62,899 nucleotides of DNA, filler included, from Ionaspis alba (GCA_964255285.1; 3 parts of 3 records of this genome joined end to end with filler, not necessarily neighbours in it); one strand, 5' to 3'. Numbered from the whole stretch's first letter, positions 49,521-62,899 are shown. Notes: generated from the sequence alone by a model not told the origin. Numbers and translations are program-made.

Positions 49521-49731
49521 ATGGTTTTGCACCGTACACGCTTTCATCGACGACTGCTCTTGTTCAGTTGTGAGATAGATGTATGAGATTCTTATGCATT
49601 GAGGATGAGAAGTATCGAAATATAGAAAGAGCGGAGCGTTCATATCGCTAGAGCAAAGTCGAACGATGATATACTAGATCCCCGAACTCCAAAGTTATGT
49701 TCATAACGACAAATTGCTGAACAGCCAGTAT

Positions 49732-50421
49732 TCACAATTGAGGGTTGGACATGATTAACCAATTTGTGCCAAAGAGACCTTCTGATTGCAACGCACATTC
49801 TGGAATACTGAGAGACCCCTGGATCAAACAGTTTAGATGGGTAGCATCAAAAGTTCCAAATCTTAAAAATTCTGCCGCGTCATTCCCNNNNNNNNNNNNN
49901 NNNNNNNNNNNNNNNNNNNNNNNNNNNNNNNNNNNNNNNNNNNNNNNNNNNNNNNNNNNNNNNNNNNNNNNNNNNNNNNNNNNNNNNTTCGAGACTTCCA
50001 CTCGGCCATGAAATGTAATTTTTGGGTCCTCTAACTTCCAGCTGTACGATGTTGCGAGAGAGGCATTCTTTGACATTGTCAGACAGATTTATCAGACGAG
50101 GACCCATCTAATGACCTTGCTATTGGGGCCAGAGGAAAGGCCGAATTGCAATTTCAGGTTTTCGAGGCGAAAGCTTTTTTCGCCTCCCAAAATATCGACA
50201 GCTTTCCCAATCAGCTGAGGGTCAACAACCATGATTGAGCCAAGTGCTTCAGTAGCATATACTGCGGACTGGTGGACGTTATCAACCGTTGCTGCCATCA
50301 TGAGCCCCTGCAACTTGTCGGAGGAGCGAAAGCCGAGTAGCCAAGGTCCCTTTGGGTTTGAAGTGCCATTGCTATTGCTGCTTGAGTTGGTGAACATCAA
50401 TACTTGAGCAATCTTTGACAT
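49732..50421 (-). CDS. Hypothetical protein spanning an assembly gap
   Basis: Two collinear ORFs (50421-50092 and 50076-49732) joinable by a 48-nt GTCATT...CTGAC...AAG intron. Interrupted by 100 N at 49888-49987; no motif recognised. Confidence 0.35.
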
Positions 50422-50793
50422 GTTTTTTGGGTCTGCTTGTCCATCGATATGGAACGAAGGGATGGGTGTCGAGTAGAAGAGTGGAGCAAGGGATTACGAC
50501 GACTTGGTATCTTATGGATCACATGAACTACATAAGTTCTCGTATTGTCGAGATCGGGCGAAAGCAATCGGTTTATGGTATGCACTTACCCGGAGCCAAA
50601 TCTACCTATGTCGCGCAAAGTACATTTGAAGCTTACCACCAGAAGATTCTATTGGCATCATGTTTCCGAGATGTCACAAAACCACGAACCTTGACCACGC
50701 CCCATCATTTCACGGTATACCTAGCAGCCACAAGCAATCAGCTACAATCGATCAATAGTAAGACCCGCCCGTGCGCTTCTGAACTCACAGTCC

Positions 50794-52664
50794 CTATCCC
50801 AACAAATCATCCAAACCCCCACCCGCCTTCTGCCCCTGCCCAGCCTGTGGCCTCACCGGCTGCCCTGCGCCAGTACCCGACCCTGTTGCACCCCAAATAC
50901 CTGCACTAGCCTTCTCCTTCGCCATACTCGCCAAGTTTGGCCCTTGGCTGGGAGTCCCCGATTTCTTAATTCCGGCTCCAGCACTAGCCGTGGACCAGAG
51001 ACTGCCGAAAGCATCACCGCCGCTCGACGAAGTCTTAGCAGCCGTTTTGCCAAGCGAAGCTGCGGCCGAAGTCGTGTGTTTGGAGCCGAGGGGTGTGGTG
51101 TTGGAGGAGAGGGAGGGTGCGGGTACGGAGGTGAAGTAATTCGGTTGGGCGGGTTGGTAGGTCGTTGGTTTGGGTGGTTGGGGTTGCTGGTAGGGTTGTG
51201 TGGGCGCGGAGAAGGTGCTGGCTGGTGGAGAGGCGAAGTTGGAGGGAGTGGATGATTGAGTTGGATTACTGGGAGCGGGGGAGATGGAGGAGAAGCCGAC
51301 GAGGCCGCTGAGATTTGCGCCTTGATTCGCGGAAAGCGGTTTCGGCGCTGCGAATTGAGTGCTGGAGCTTATGGAGGATGTAGAGGTTGGTGGAGCGAGG
51401 TTGGCCATGGAGGAGGTCATGGAGGGTTGGGTTGTGGAGGGGGCGGAGATAAAGTCGTCGAAGTCGTCGTCGTCGTCAGCTGTGGCACCATTATTGGTGG
51501 AAGAGGACGTAGCGGCTTGTTTTCCATTCGGGGTTGTCGGCTTAGGTGGAGTCATTGGAGGGATTTCGTCGTCGCCAAAGGAGAAGAGATCGACTTCTGG
51601 CTCTTTTTTCTTAGGCTCTTCTGCTTTTCGCTTTGCTGAAGAGCTTGATGAGATATTTTGTTTCCGTCGTGCGGCAGGAGAAACAACGGCCCCATCATCT
51701 TCTTCGTCGTACTCCTCGAAGCGATCCTTTCTACTATTGCTCCCGGATGCGGCTGAGTCGTGGAAGCCTGAGCTCTGGTTGCCTCCGAACCCACCGCCAT
51801 CTCCGTAAGTTCCACCACTATAGCCTCCGAAGCCTGCGTCATCGCTACCAAAACCGCCATAACGACTTCCACCGCCACCACTCGATATGCCGTGCATGCC
51901 TCCACCAAGGCCCCCGCCTCCTTCAACGCCACCAAACTTGTTCCGATTGGCTCTTGCCTTTTTCCTCTCTGCTCGAATCCGATCGACATCGCTCAGTAGT
52001 TCGGCCAACTCCTTCGCTCTATTTCGCACATTTATGCCCTGATCTTTGCCATTGACGTCGATGAATTGGAATTGGCGTAGCATTTTAAGGAGAGACAGGT
52101 GGCTTCGAGCGTCGTCGATGACACGCTCAGAGCCATTCTTGATGAGAAACTCGAGTAATTGAAGACCCTGTATCATCATCAGAGATAATGCACGGCGTTT
52201 TGCCGCCAGTGAACCCACTTTGTAGATTTGCCTCCACTCCTCCGCTGCTTTCTCTGTAAAGCGCTTGTAGATCATGGGCATAATCTCATTGAGCAGCTGA
52301 CTGGAAACTCTGTAAGCTCACAGCCTGATCGGATGCTCCTAGACACCACTGACTAGCTATATGTCCCATTGGCAATTTCCTGCATCAGTGTCGAAGATGC
52401 CCCCCATGGCTCATTATTCGTGGCTTCTCGAACCTAACCTCGAACATTAGCTACTTATTTGGTATAAGCAAGCAGCCATTCTTACCTTCGACTCCATCTC
52501 CGTGTAATTCATGACGGCTGCGAAAATGAGTCCCATTAGCATGCCGACTGACCAAGTCAGGGGGGTGGAGTCGAGGGCTTACCATTCTGCACCTTCCGCA
52601 CACCAGCCTTGATGTCATAGAGGGAGAGATTGGACACTTGGTCTTTCAAACTACTGAAATCCAT
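50794..52664 (-). CDS. ENT3: ENTH-domain epsin-related Golgi-to-endosome adaptor (Ent3/EpsinR-like)
   Basis: MDFSSLKDQVSNLSLYDIKAGVRKVQN start; EATNNEPWGASS, EWRQIYK and KDQGINVRNRA. Disordered tail with DLF and DDDFDDF motifs, ending LDDLLG. Five short 5' introns. Confidence 0.88.
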
Positions 52665-53192
52665 ATTAGCAACTGAGACTCGCTGACAAGCCTGTTCAAT
52701 GGAGGTCCTGGATTGGTTAAATGAATGTTGTACATTTGAGGATAAAGACCAGCAACATATAATGTTCAGGTAAGCGAGAATGTGACATGGTGTTCTGGAA
52801 TCCTATTGGTCCAGAACACAATTGCATTCCCATGGGTTGCTGCGGAAGAAATCCTTTCAAACCCCACGACTCATCAAGTTCAAGCACTATTCGCAAAGAT
52901 GAAGATCTAATATACATATTGATATGACTGGAGTATTATATCAGTCTCTCATCGTGAGATACATTTTATTCCCACCCTTGGGGAAATGCCACAATGATCC
53001 AGGGAAGAGAAACCCCTTTACCGTGCAGATCCTTTGAAGAGAAAGCCTCCCAGTGCGTATATGCACATCTGGCCGAACCTGTCGCTCCATAGCTGTGACA
53101 TATCCCATCACCACCAATCCCATATCCACATATCCCACATCCAATCGTGATTGAGTAGAGTGATTCGCCCTTCACCAAACAGTATCTGCTCC

Positions 53193-55896
53193 CTACCACC
53201 AACTCCCCATAGTAAATTGCACCGGCCCATCTGGCTGTGCCTCCATCTGAAAATCCTTAACCATATCATCAAAGCCCGCCCAATCCATAGTCTCATCCAA
53301 TAGCGGATCATCAAGCAACGTCCCATCGTTCTCCAACCACTGATTCACGCCTTCAGATGCGTACAAGTCATCTTTCGCCGGAGTAGGCATGCGGAACGCA
53401 TCCCCGATCCTAGCCCCCGGCATGTTAGACGGTTCGTCGTTGCCACCAAACGGAATCGGAGTAAATGCGCTGATACCGTCGCTTCCAGGAAAAGGAACAC
53501 GAGGAAGCCGAGGCGTAGTTTTATCAATGCTCGGGTTTCTGCTATAAGGAGAACGGAGTTGCTGCTCGAGGGCTTTCGCCCTCGCTGCTCTTGCTTTCGC
53601 CATCAGCCTTCGGATGGGTTTCCATAGCATGCCTTTCTTGTGTGCGGAAACTGTGCCTCCCCACTCTTCGAAGACGCTGTCCAGAACCTGCCACGCTTCG
53701 TCGACGTCTGGACCAAGCGTTCGTGTGCAGAGCTCGGACAGTAAGAAGGCCACCGCGTGCCATTGGATGTAGGTTCGGAAGAGCCAGCCCCACTTCATTG
53801 TCTTGTGCTGTGTCTCGAGGAGACGGGAGTACGCGATGACGTCGACCGATGTTAGGAATATGCGATCTCGGGTTTCCTTTGACATGCTTGGCTCGCCCGC
53901 TTCGCGCTGGAAGGGATGATGGATTATGAGCCACATTTTCGCCATGACCTGTAGAAGAATCAGCAAACCGCTGGTATCCATGGATGGGTACGTAATACCA
54001 GTCGTGCAACATTGGCAGCAACCCAGTGGAGCGGGTTGCTCATATCGCAATGTCGTAGGTACTTCTCTTCGAGGTACTTGCGGAGATCCTCGACCTTTTG
54101 TTCTTTCTCTTCGACACTCCCAAGGTTCTTTTTAGCCTTCGGACAGCTGCTTAGGCCAGGAGGAACGTAGGTGATCCGCCGGATGACTTTACCGATATTG
54201 TAGCGAATAAGATCGAAGGTCATATCTGAGTATCCTTCACGCTCTATAGGAGGTTCCTTCATGTCCGGCCACATGTCTTCGTCATTGACATTCAATGGGA
54301 ACTTCGTGTCGAACGATTGCTCGGTGATGGACGGGTCCGAGCCTTGATCTTCCGATGCGCGGATATCTATTAATACTATCAACTCCGGTCTACCAACTGG
54401 AAGGAGCAAGTCAAAATACCTATAGTGCACACCTGCCACCATAATCGGCGGCGCATCTCAGTCTCGAAAGGAGCTAATCCAAATTGTGCACCATCACGAT
54501 GTATACCCATGGAGGTCGCGATACGTACCAGCAATCCAGTCATGGTCCAGACGAAGCGACTGTCATCGTGCCGACGTACAGTGACAAGGAAAAGGGTGAA
54601 TGCTTGCAGAACCATCATTTCCTGTGTTTCGAGGAATCCAGCCTTGGCCAGAGCCTGCTCGCAAGCAAAACGGAACCTCCTCAAACCGATATCCTTATCA
54701 ATGGAAAGGAGAGTCTGGCAATCTTCTGGACTCAGAGACGTTATGACGGCGAAGAAAATCGCGAACATCAATGCCTCTGTGCCTTTGTTCAAATTATCTA
54801 TGTTCTCCATTGTACACTTCATAAGCTTGTCTGTGACACCCCTGTGAAGGAGTCGTATCAGTGGATCAACATTCTCGAGGTAGATCTTCCAATAAGTTTG
54901 AAACTGGTCGAGTGGTGGATACAGGATTCGGAGATTGACCAAAGTTGAGCTGTATCCGAAGATGAACGTTTGGTGATTTTGACGAACACTCGATGAATTC
55001 GAGCTCGATTCTGGAGTCGGGTAGTCATCCTCATCGTCGGTCGGATCATCTAGTATGTCTCTCATCTCGGCAATCTAAGAGCGGAGAGTCGTCAGCACTG
55101 CCGACTAAGTCTTTGCGCGAGAAATGGAGAGAGAAATGGGATACAAAGGGGTGAAGAATGCCCGTGTACAAGTGACAGATACAGGAGAAGCACTTACTTC
55201 AAAGGTCAGAGTAGACCAGAAGCTGTTGCTAACATATCGACTCCTTCCCTCTTCCACAACAAGTCGACCCATCTGCTTCTCCAATCCAGTTTCACCTTGC
55301 TTCAGCTTGTCTTTATCAGGACATTTCGGTTTTCCTATCCCCGAATCTACGGGTGGCAATTTGAGTTGTACAGTATCGGATGACCTAGACTGTCCACTGA
55401 GTTTTCTCTCCTTCGATGGCTCTTCCTTTTCAGGATTTAGATCGCCTCCATCCACATCTTTACCCAGGCTCTGTACCACGCCCTCCAAGCGCCTTAGTCT
55501 TGCCAGGAGCTCAGAATCCGGTGGTTTCTTTGTGCGTCGTGGGGCACGTCCTGGTCGTGGGAAGATGCACTCGATGCCCGCTTTGTGGCAATTGGAACAC
55601 GGGTGCCTTTTGTCGCATCTTACTTTCCTCCTTCTGCAGGTAGTACATGACCTCGGGTTCAGAGTAGGACTGGTAGGATTGGCAGATGAGGCTGAACCGG
55701 GGGATTGACGATTGATAGCATTCGTGGTTGCGGCAGGAAAGGTAGAGCTGTCGAATTGTTGCGGCGGAGGTCCTGAAAGATCACTATTGGGAATCAAGGT
55801 GAGGGGGTCGAATCCAAAGTTTTTGACATATTGGTCAGAAGAGAAGGTGTTTGAGAACGTGTCAATGTTCGCGCCGAAGGGCGAGTCAGAATCCAT
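53193..55896 (-). CDS. Zn(II)2Cys6 transcription factor with a fungal-specific (MHR) domain
   Basis: CTTCRRRKVRCDKRHPCSNCHKAGIEC binuclear cluster and GIHRDG...EMRRRLWW MHR motif. Introns 55197-55075, 54419-54367 and 53998-53949. Confidence 0.93.
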
Positions 55897-56794
55897 ATTG
55901 ATCCTAATGTTTGTGCTTATGGGATTGTATTACATAGATATCGAAAGTTGCTGCCTAAGGGACATTCAGGGACCTGAGCATCCACGCTTTCTTTTCTAGT
56001 GTAGCTTGGGGGAGAGTCTCTGCAGCCACCAAGCGTTGGACTCAAAGTCGGCGAAAATCGAGGCAATTTGGCCGTCGTTGACGAGAGCTCCAATAAAAAT
56101 GCTCTTGGGTAGGTGCATATATCAAATGCAATGCACAACAACATCGAAGAGACTGTAGCTACCATAGGTTGCGTACGTAGACCGCTAGACTGCGGCTGAG
56201 GAGGATTATTATGTCCTGCCCACTCCTTTGGAGCAGTCAATGACTCTCTTATTGCATCGACAAGGGGATCATCCTTCCTGGCAATCTGCAAGCACCTGCG
56301 CGTAGCTGCAATACGTCAGATCAACCGAGCATCTAACTTCTTTAAGTTTGATCTTATCACACCAGTTGATTGATAAGCACATTTTGCAGGCGCTTGTTTG
56401 GAATTGTCTGGACCACCTTGGATGAGTCATACGCGCTTGCTTACTCTGTGGGCTGCCTTTTCATTTATGGGGTTTGGGTGAGACTGGGGTTGTTTTTCTC
56501 GTGTCACGCCAAGCTGTCAGAGGCGCCTCTGACGACCTCTATGCTTGATGAGCATCGGGTGTCGAAATGCATATGTGAGTATAACAGTACGACTATAACA
56601 GTACGAATTTGGCACAGTTTTGACCAAATGTAAAATTAGTAAGTAGAAGTCCACGTGCCATTTTCGCGAAGCAACAACGACTCGATGAATCATTCGTGTA
56701 CGCGTGGCCGTTGCAAGCAACGTGTCCCCATGCAAGCCATGTAAACATTCACAAAACCATCTAACATGCTATCTATAGTTTATGGATCGAACCA

Positions 56795-58192
56795 TTACTT
56801 AGAGGGCCGCTGTGGCCTTCCTGGCTGTGGCCTTCTGGCACCTGGCCTCCCTTGCCAGGGTCTCTTTCCTGATGGTGGCTTCTTCGCAGGCACGAAGTAA
56901 CTCCTGTTGCACATCAAACATAAATAACAATGGATATGCACTAGACGGAAAGGACTGCATCGACAGAGACTTACGGCAAAGGTTCCCACAGCATTGACGT
57001 CCTATTCCACTTGTGCCTGGGAAATCCAAGTCAATAGAGACACCACCAGCTATTTTGCAAAACTCTTACCTTTCATACTCTGTCCGGGTGAGCGACTCCA
57101 TCCCGTACTCCTCTTCCAAAAGCCAAGCATAATCGAACGGAATCTTAACTCGCGTCGCTTCGAAGACGCTGTCTCTCAATGGGAAGAGATCGCTCTCCTG
57201 TGTAGAGCAAGAAATCAGTAGAGCCACATAGATCTCGAGTAGACGGAGAAAACTCCGTATGCTTTCCACCAACATACCACATAACTATGCCGATCCTTAC
57301 ACCCCAAAGCCCCAACCACACCCTCCTTCCTCGCCTTCTCATCCACCCTCACAGTCGTAACATCAATATAGAGCCCACTCCCCATATCAATCCACCTCGC
57401 ATCGATCATATTAAGCTCATCCCCCATTCCCTGCTCCTTAAACGCAGGATTGATCTCAATCATGTAGTCCCTCCCCTCCTCCACATTCGGCAAGCGGTAG
57501 TGGAATACCGACATGTTGTAGTAACCGGCGAGATAAGAGAGGGTTTCAAACGTCATTTGGACGTCGACGTCCGAGTCCCAGGGTAGGATCTGTTTCGACC
57601 CGGTAGTTAGAGATGCTGTGAAAGAGGGGAGAGGAGGAAGCAGGCAGACCTTCCGATTCCACCACCAACCCATCAAGGTACCATGCATGAGCCACGTCTC
57701 CGCGCCCAAGTCCGCCATCGTTGACAAGTACGCTTGGATCATAACGGCAAGATGTCCCTTCCTTTCTTCATACTCCAGTGCTTTACTCGCGAACCTAGCC
57801 AGTCCATCAGCCCAATTCCATTACCTCCTCCACAAAACACGCAAAGCAACAACAACAAGAAAACTCACCGGCCATCATAATGCTTATCAAACCTTGCCTG
57901 CACATCAGCCCCCACCACCTCCTCAGCAGCAACCAGCACAGAAAGAACACTCACGTCGCCTCATCTACCTCTCATCAGCCCCGAAAACCCACAAACAAGC
58001 CGGCCAAAAAAACTCACGAAAATACTTCCCCTCCGGATCTCCAGCCCTCGTACTCCAATCCCTCACCCCACCCGTCCTCACACTCAACCAATCCGCATCA
58101 GCACGCACTCTTCCCCGTCCGCTTCCCGTCAAAACCACCACCAGGAGCGTAAAAAGCGCAAGCGGCAGCCGAGCGCGCAGTCGCCGGATCAT
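56795..58192 (-). CDS. LicD-family (Mnn4/fukutin-related) phosphoryl-ligand transferase
   Basis: N-terminal signal anchor. Motifs KYF, HYDGRF, WLMHGTLMGWWWN, PWDSDVDVQ, IDARWID...GLYIDVT, CKDRH and LFPLR. Several introns. Confidence 0.88.
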
Positions 58193-58215
58193 CGGTCACA
58201 TAATCGCCTGTAGAA

Positions 58216-58315
58216 NNNNNNNNNNNNNNNNNNNNNNNNNNNNNNNNNNNNNNNNNNNNNNNNNNNNNNNNNNNNNNNNNNNNNNNNNNNNNNNNNNNNN
58301 NNNNNNNNNNNNNNN
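58216..58315. other. Spurious scaffold gap with duplicated flanks
   Basis: 58177-58215 (39 bp) is repeated at 58316-58354. Confidence 0.93.
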
Positions 58316-59131
58316 GCAGTCGCCGGATCATCGGTCACATAATCGCCTGTAGAAGTAGTCGCGATGGTGGTTGGTGGTGGGTTGCCTGAGCTGAGGGTGA
58401 AGGAGTTGGTTGGGTGGAAATTAGATGACGAGTCCAGGTAGTGGTGGGAGAGCGATAAGGGTGTTTGCCAAGCCGTGTCGCGTGCTCCGGGGCGGGAGGT
58501 TGAAGAGTGTGCAGGAGTGAGACAATCAGGGGTTTTGAGCGAGCCGTGGGCCGGGGGTTAAGTTGGTAGGTCGGGTGGCATGGGCTGGGAAGTTCCGAAA
58601 GGATTCGGGGAGGTGCTGGAAATGGATTGGTACTTTACTTGGAGAGGATTGCATGCCGCGTCGACGCGGCAGCATCATAGAGCAGGCTGGAGCAAGGCTA
58701 ATAGGTTTGAAATTGGTCAAAGCTGACGTGGTAGCCCATTTGGAGCCGCTCTGTACTAGGGATATGCTCTCGGTGCCATAGGCCGCTGTTGCTTACAATA
58801 GGGCATGCTTTTTTGCGATTTTACCGAGCACGTGGGAAAAGCTTGTGCATGGAAGGAATTCAAGGAAGGTGATATAACAGCGTGGTTATGGAGTACCAGC
58901 ACGTGAATAATGCCCGAAAGAGAGAAAGTCCTCACGACACAATCTGAAACACAACTTCACTATCATACTCAATTCTCGCATACTCAGACTTCAATCACGG
59001 ATGTATTTCCACATAACCACCACAAAGCCCCTTGATGAGATAATACCTGGGTCCGCCACCTCAACACATCCTCCCTTCCTAGCACTGTACACAATACAAA
59101 TCACCACCAACAACCCATCTCATCCACCCCC

Positions 59132-61227
59132 TCAATGCTCCAACAATCTCAAACTCCCCTGCACAACCACATTCTCCAGCACACTCCCAGGAGGAATATC
59201 AATCGTACTCCCCTCCGTGGCAACAATAATGACCGTCCCCTTAAGCATAACCCCCCTCCCTAAATTCACCGCCCCCGTAATCGTCAAATGGTCCAATTCC
59301 AAAATCTTCGGGATGCTAGGAATCCGTTTCTGGAAATCACTGACCTTCTTGAAATCCGTTCCCAACTTAATGAGAGGCGCGGGGCCGAAACGACTCTGGT
59401 CGATGACGAGTTGGCCGTGCTTGAGGCTGTAGAGATCGGACTTCACGAGCATGAGATCGGAGCAGGTTTTGACGGGTAGGAAGCGTCGGCGTGGGACGTT
59501 GACGCCGTGGGCGTTTTTGAAATGGCGGATTGCTGCTCCGACGGCGGTTTCGAGCTGGACGATGTTGACGTCGGACTCGCCCTTCTTGTCGGCGGGGATC
59601 GATTTGTTGTTGGGGATGATTTCCATTTCGAGTTCGTTGTTTTCGACGACGCGCTTGATGGCTTTGAGGTTGAGCCAGATGTTGTTGGTGTTGAAGTATT
59701 TGAACTTCTTGATGGACTTGAACTCGTTGGTGTGTTCTTTGGGGACCTGGGCGATTTCGAGAAGGCGCACGGATCCTTCGTAGTCGATGATGGTACCGCC
59801 CTTGACGTCGGCTTTGGTCTTGTCTGTTAGCTCCATGATGTACTCGGCTTCGGTCTCGACCATGTGCTGCAGGATGCGCAGATCGACGACGGCGCCCAGG
59901 TTGTCGGCGTTGGACAAGAAAAGGATCTCGACGCCGCGCTCGATCAGCTGGTCAAGGATGCCCGAGTTGTAGAGGGACTCGAAGACGTCTCCGTGTCCAG
60001 GGGGATACCAATCGGAGAGCTGAGAGTCGTATGATTTGGGTGCTGGGAGGAGGGAGTCCTTCAGAACACGAGGGTATCGGGATTGGTTGAAGGTGAGGAT
60101 GTCGATGTTGTGGCCCTCGTACTTCTTGATAATGTTTGCAGTGTCCTCGTCGGTATTGAACGAGTTCATCAGGACGAAAGGAACATTGACTTCGTAGGTA
60201 CGGTTCAGGTACTCGATTTGGCGCACAGACAGATCGAGGAAGGACATGCCGTCACGGACTTCGATGACGGATTTGGGTCCCACGCAACCCATGGAGGTAC
60301 CGAGTCCACCATTGAGCTTGACAACGGCAAGCTTATTCAAGAACGAAACTGATTCCGAATTTGCAAGATCGTTGTATTCAACCACCTGGTCGGCATGAGG
60401 AGGCTGGATGCGATCCCATGAGAGGACATTGCCCTTGGCCTTGTCGTTGAGGTAGCGGCGGAAGAGAGCGAAGAAGTTGTCCATCTCAGTCTCGAACCGC
60501 TTCTTCTCCTCAGGGTCCTGAACCGTGTCACAGAGGTTGTTCAGGGCGTTTCGCATTTGGCTGGCTGCAACCGAGGTGGAGGTGTTCTCGAAAGCCTGTG
60601 TGCCAAATCGAGTCTGAGTTAGCAATGCTACTTGATCTTCAAAGCCAGCTGTAGATAGTGCTGGGAATAGCTCATCTGACAGTGTAGTGGAGGTTGATCA
60701 TGATAACAACAATGATGATGACCTAGATGGTAACCATGAAGAGTTTGATGAACATGACGACGATGATGATAAGATATCAGTAATAGTTCAAGCTTATAGG
60801 ATTCAAAGGAATAGTGATAGAGAGTGCTGTAGATGTCAGAGTAGATGGTCGACAAGGCAGCTTTTAAGCTGAGTCGAGTTCGATGTCTCGGAGTGGAACT
60901 CGTCTTCGAGTTCTAGTCACGTCGAGAGCGACCGACCTCTCCGACTACCACCACAATGGAGAGGAATGTTCGAGTGCGGTAAGAGATGCGTAGGAAGTGT
61001 CCCAACGGAGTCATGCTCTTTGTGCCCATATTCCACCATGTAGCTTTCAGACTGTAGCCCAGGACATCGAGGCCGAACGTGTCCAAGGAAATCACGACAA
61101 TATCACTCACCACATGCGATTGTGTCTTTCCATGATGCTTGCGTGCGAACGCGCCATCAGCATCGCCATTGCTAGCGCCACTGGGCTTGAGGTGGGAGGG
61201 CAGGGCGCTGCTGATCTTGGAGGCCAT
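59132..61227 (-). CDS. UGP1: UTP--glucose-1-phosphate uridylyltransferase (UDP-glucose pyrophosphorylase)
   Basis: Exon 1 61227-61111 (MASKISS...HHGKTQSHV), intron 61110-60596, then exon 2 with [43 protein letters not shown] and RFLPVK, ending LRLLEH. Confidence 0.97.
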
Positions 61228-62899
61228 GTTGTAGTCAAGCAGGTTCTGGAAGATGACTAGAAGTAGAGGAGAGTCGTTAGCGGAAGTTTGCACAATATGA
61301 AGGGCATTGTCGTAAATTGCGTTGTGTGGTAGAAAAGTGGGCACCTGAGCCAGGAGGTGGAGAAAAGAAGCAAATGGAAGCTAGAGCTCAGTGAAGCTGT
61401 CGATAATGACCCATTGATGCTCAAGGAGCTTCTCATGAGCTTCTTGATGTGCTGCAAGTCATCGAGACAAGACAATGGCAGGCCATGAACAAGAGTCAAG
61501 CTCAATTGAGCCCATCACAATGGCAAGAAAGGATTGTGTGCTGAAACTTACAAAGTTTTGCTGATTCTCAATCAATGCGATGGGTTCCTTTCCAAACTTG
61601 ACAAGAAGGAAGAGAGAGAGATAAAGGGAAATATATGCCCAAGCAAGAAAGCAGAGCACAGGACACAAAAGGAGTTCCAAAAGGAAAGAAAATAAGTTTT
61701 CCTGCGTCCGAGTCCAGATTTTTATGCTCCCAAGCTTAAGGCGCTGCCGAGTCAATGGATGTTGAGGATGGTGGAGGGGGGATCCGGCAGCCACTAGGAC
61801 GAATCAGTCCAAGCGATCCGCCGCACATGGGCTCTTCCGCAGCAGTGGCTTGCTGGAAGGGAGAGCCGAACAGGGTTTGATTGGGACGAAAAAGGTGGCC
61901 AGTCTTGGTCCAGTTGGTGCCTGCGTCGAGTCTGTCAACCGAGTGCAGGTTTTTTCCTTCCATATCAGACAGGGGGCGATATCAAGCCTACATGGAGTAA
62001 TTCCTGGAATTCTGGATCCAAGAATAGGAAATCATTGAGCCATCTTTCCTTCCCACTTCTGCGCTCATCTTATCAAGGTTGGGGAGAATGTCACACCGCT
62101 TTTCCATAGTGGCGATCAGCACGACATCGTCTTCTTCTAATACAATAATATCCATCCATTTTCTCCTTATTCCTGCCGACATCCCAGACAACTCTTTTTC
62201 GGGACGAACATGGATCGCAACAAGATTAGACTGACATCCGCCCACTCCAGATCGAGGTAGCTATTCTGAGACCTCTTCTCCCAGGGACGAGAGGATTCAG
62301 CGAACCACAGTCGTGGATCCCACCCCATGGCATCTGCGGCTCTGGTCTGACAGCTCCACTTGCTCTTCCCAATTTGGATGATTAACACACTTGGCACGAT
62401 CGCAGGGAGAGATCTTCAGCCTCATCGGTATTCAAGCATTAATTTATTGCAGAGTCCTTCCATCCATTTCTCTCTTATCTTATTGCTTGCCTACTTAATT
62501 TGCACTTGTGGAGATTAGAAATGTCTGAAGACAAGTCGACCATACATCGCATCCAGCTCATGAATTTGCATCACGCTTTATTTGTCTCAATACAAGCCTT
62601 TGCCTTTATGGCATGTACGCCACACATTTCCCCCCTTAGGAAAGCTTATCTCAATCCCATCCAAGACCAGGACGCGGAAGAGTTATGCAGCTAAATCTGT
62701 TCCGGAGCATTAGCTTTCGATCCATCTCGCATTCTCTCATAGCAGTAGCGAAGTCTTAAAGCAATGAATTCTGCATCCAATACAATCGACAGTGTAACCT
62801 CCTATTTGTGTCATGGCATCAAAAAACACTTTGCCTACAACAAATCCTGCTGGTGTTGCCCTCCAGCACCGGACATAGCGGACACTTGACATAAACCCA

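Noticed and set aside
53193..55896. Zn2Cys6 factor, or the 2OG oxygenase and hydrolases of scaffold A, as members of the P450 cluster
   Set aside because: They lie on different scaffolds across artificial linkers and among housekeeping genes.
60596..61110. Intronic box C/D snoRNA in UGP1
   Set aside because: The TGATGA runs are on the antisense strand; no C box was found on the transcribed strand.

Overview
Filamentous-ascomycete (Pezizomycotina) genomic DNA with short spliceosomal introns and a Woronin-body hex-1 gene. The window is not one locus. Two artificial linkers (44N-TTAATTAATTAA-44N at 20984-21083 and 41969-42068) join three unrelated scaffolds of about 21 kb. Scaffold A (1-20983) carries an epoxide-hydrolase-like enzyme, a large Seg1-like low-complexity protein, a 2OG-Fe(II) oxygenase, an orphan ORF, a GPI-anchored BIM1/X325-like copper protein, hex-1, a GH17 BtgC-like glucanase and an isochorismatase-like hydrolase. 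Scaffold B (21084-41968) is entirely a secondary-metabolite-type tailoring cluster: one O-methyltransferase, five cytochrome P450s, a PTH11-like membrane protein and a GST, with no scaffold-forming enzyme visible. Scaffold C (42069-62899) is mostly housekeeping: ERCC6L2-like SNF2 helicase, a pseudogene, CTNNBL1, a degenerate tandem repeat, ENT3-like epsin, a Zn2Cys6 transcription factor, a LicD protein and UGP1. The best leads are the backbone-less five-P450 cluster, an AUG-less and possibly CUG-initiated N-terminal extension of HEX-1, and an unexplained peptide-like tandem repeat. All gene models were spliced by eye and family calls come from motif recognition; no searches were run.
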